From: a virus
Length of the DNA stretch: 56,620 nt
Virus record (IMG/VR): IMGVR_UViG_3300031566_000038
Direction: 5' to 3' (one strand)
Shown here piece after piece: positions 56,587-56,620 of the stretch. The stretch's first letter is position 1. The number at the start of each line of letters is the position of its first letter. Under the pieces are notes generated by a model. It saw only the letters and a program-made list of their open reading frames with translations, was not told where the DNA came from and made no database searches. Made by a program: the position numbers and the translations under genes.

Positions 56587-56620
56587 ATTCGTAACACTAT
56601 CGGTAACCGGGGCTACAGCG

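Noticed and set aside
1-56620. Alternative genetic code (TAG reassignment), suggested by the TAGTAG-containing word enrichment
   Set aside because: Long uninterrupted ORFs end at TAA, TAG and TGA alike. When the motif occurs in a sense strand it is never in the TAG-TAG frame. The standard code fits.
1-56620. Prophage boundaries, integrase, att sites or CRISPR arrays
   Set aside because: No tyrosine or serine recombinase-like ORF and no regularly spaced short repeats. The direct repeats at 15-37 and 425-447 are too close together to be attL/attR of a prophage.

Overview
This 56.6-kb window looks like part of a large virulent dsDNA phage (possibly jumbo-phage-like) genome. It is densely coded and most starts sit behind strong Shine-Dalgarno sites. 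A long minus-strand block (5.2-25 kb) carries putative virion proteins followed by a chaperone/replication cluster: a DnaJ-like protein, a DnaB-like helicase and a vWA/MIDAS protein. Plus-strand blocks carry a tRNA cluster, a collagen-like fibre protein, a beta-helix tailspike-like protein and a NadV + NMNAT-Nudix NAD+ salvage pair. Scattered accessory genes include an RRM RNA-binding protein, a FEN-type 5'-3' exonuclease, an S8 subtilase, a PPP phosphatase, an HNH endonuclease coupled to a SAM methyltransferase, and a ParB-like nuclease. No integrase, CRISPR array, terminase, portal or recognisable major capsid protein was found in the window. The most striking find is a full-length major vault protein (MVP) homologue at 2489-5143. 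The second is a genome-wide ~20-fold excess of the octamer CTACTACA/TGTAGTAG, written into coding sequence as GTA-GTA (VV), TAC-TAC (YY) or ACT-ACA (TT). Other notable signals are a plus-strand tandem-repeat protein whose repeat copies differ mainly by synonymous changes in the plus frame (28 of 32 differing codons), aberrant tRNA-like elements, a ~50-bp inverted repeated element, and several palindromic operator-like sites. All functional calls come from motif recognition by eye; no database search or RNA-folding tool was run.
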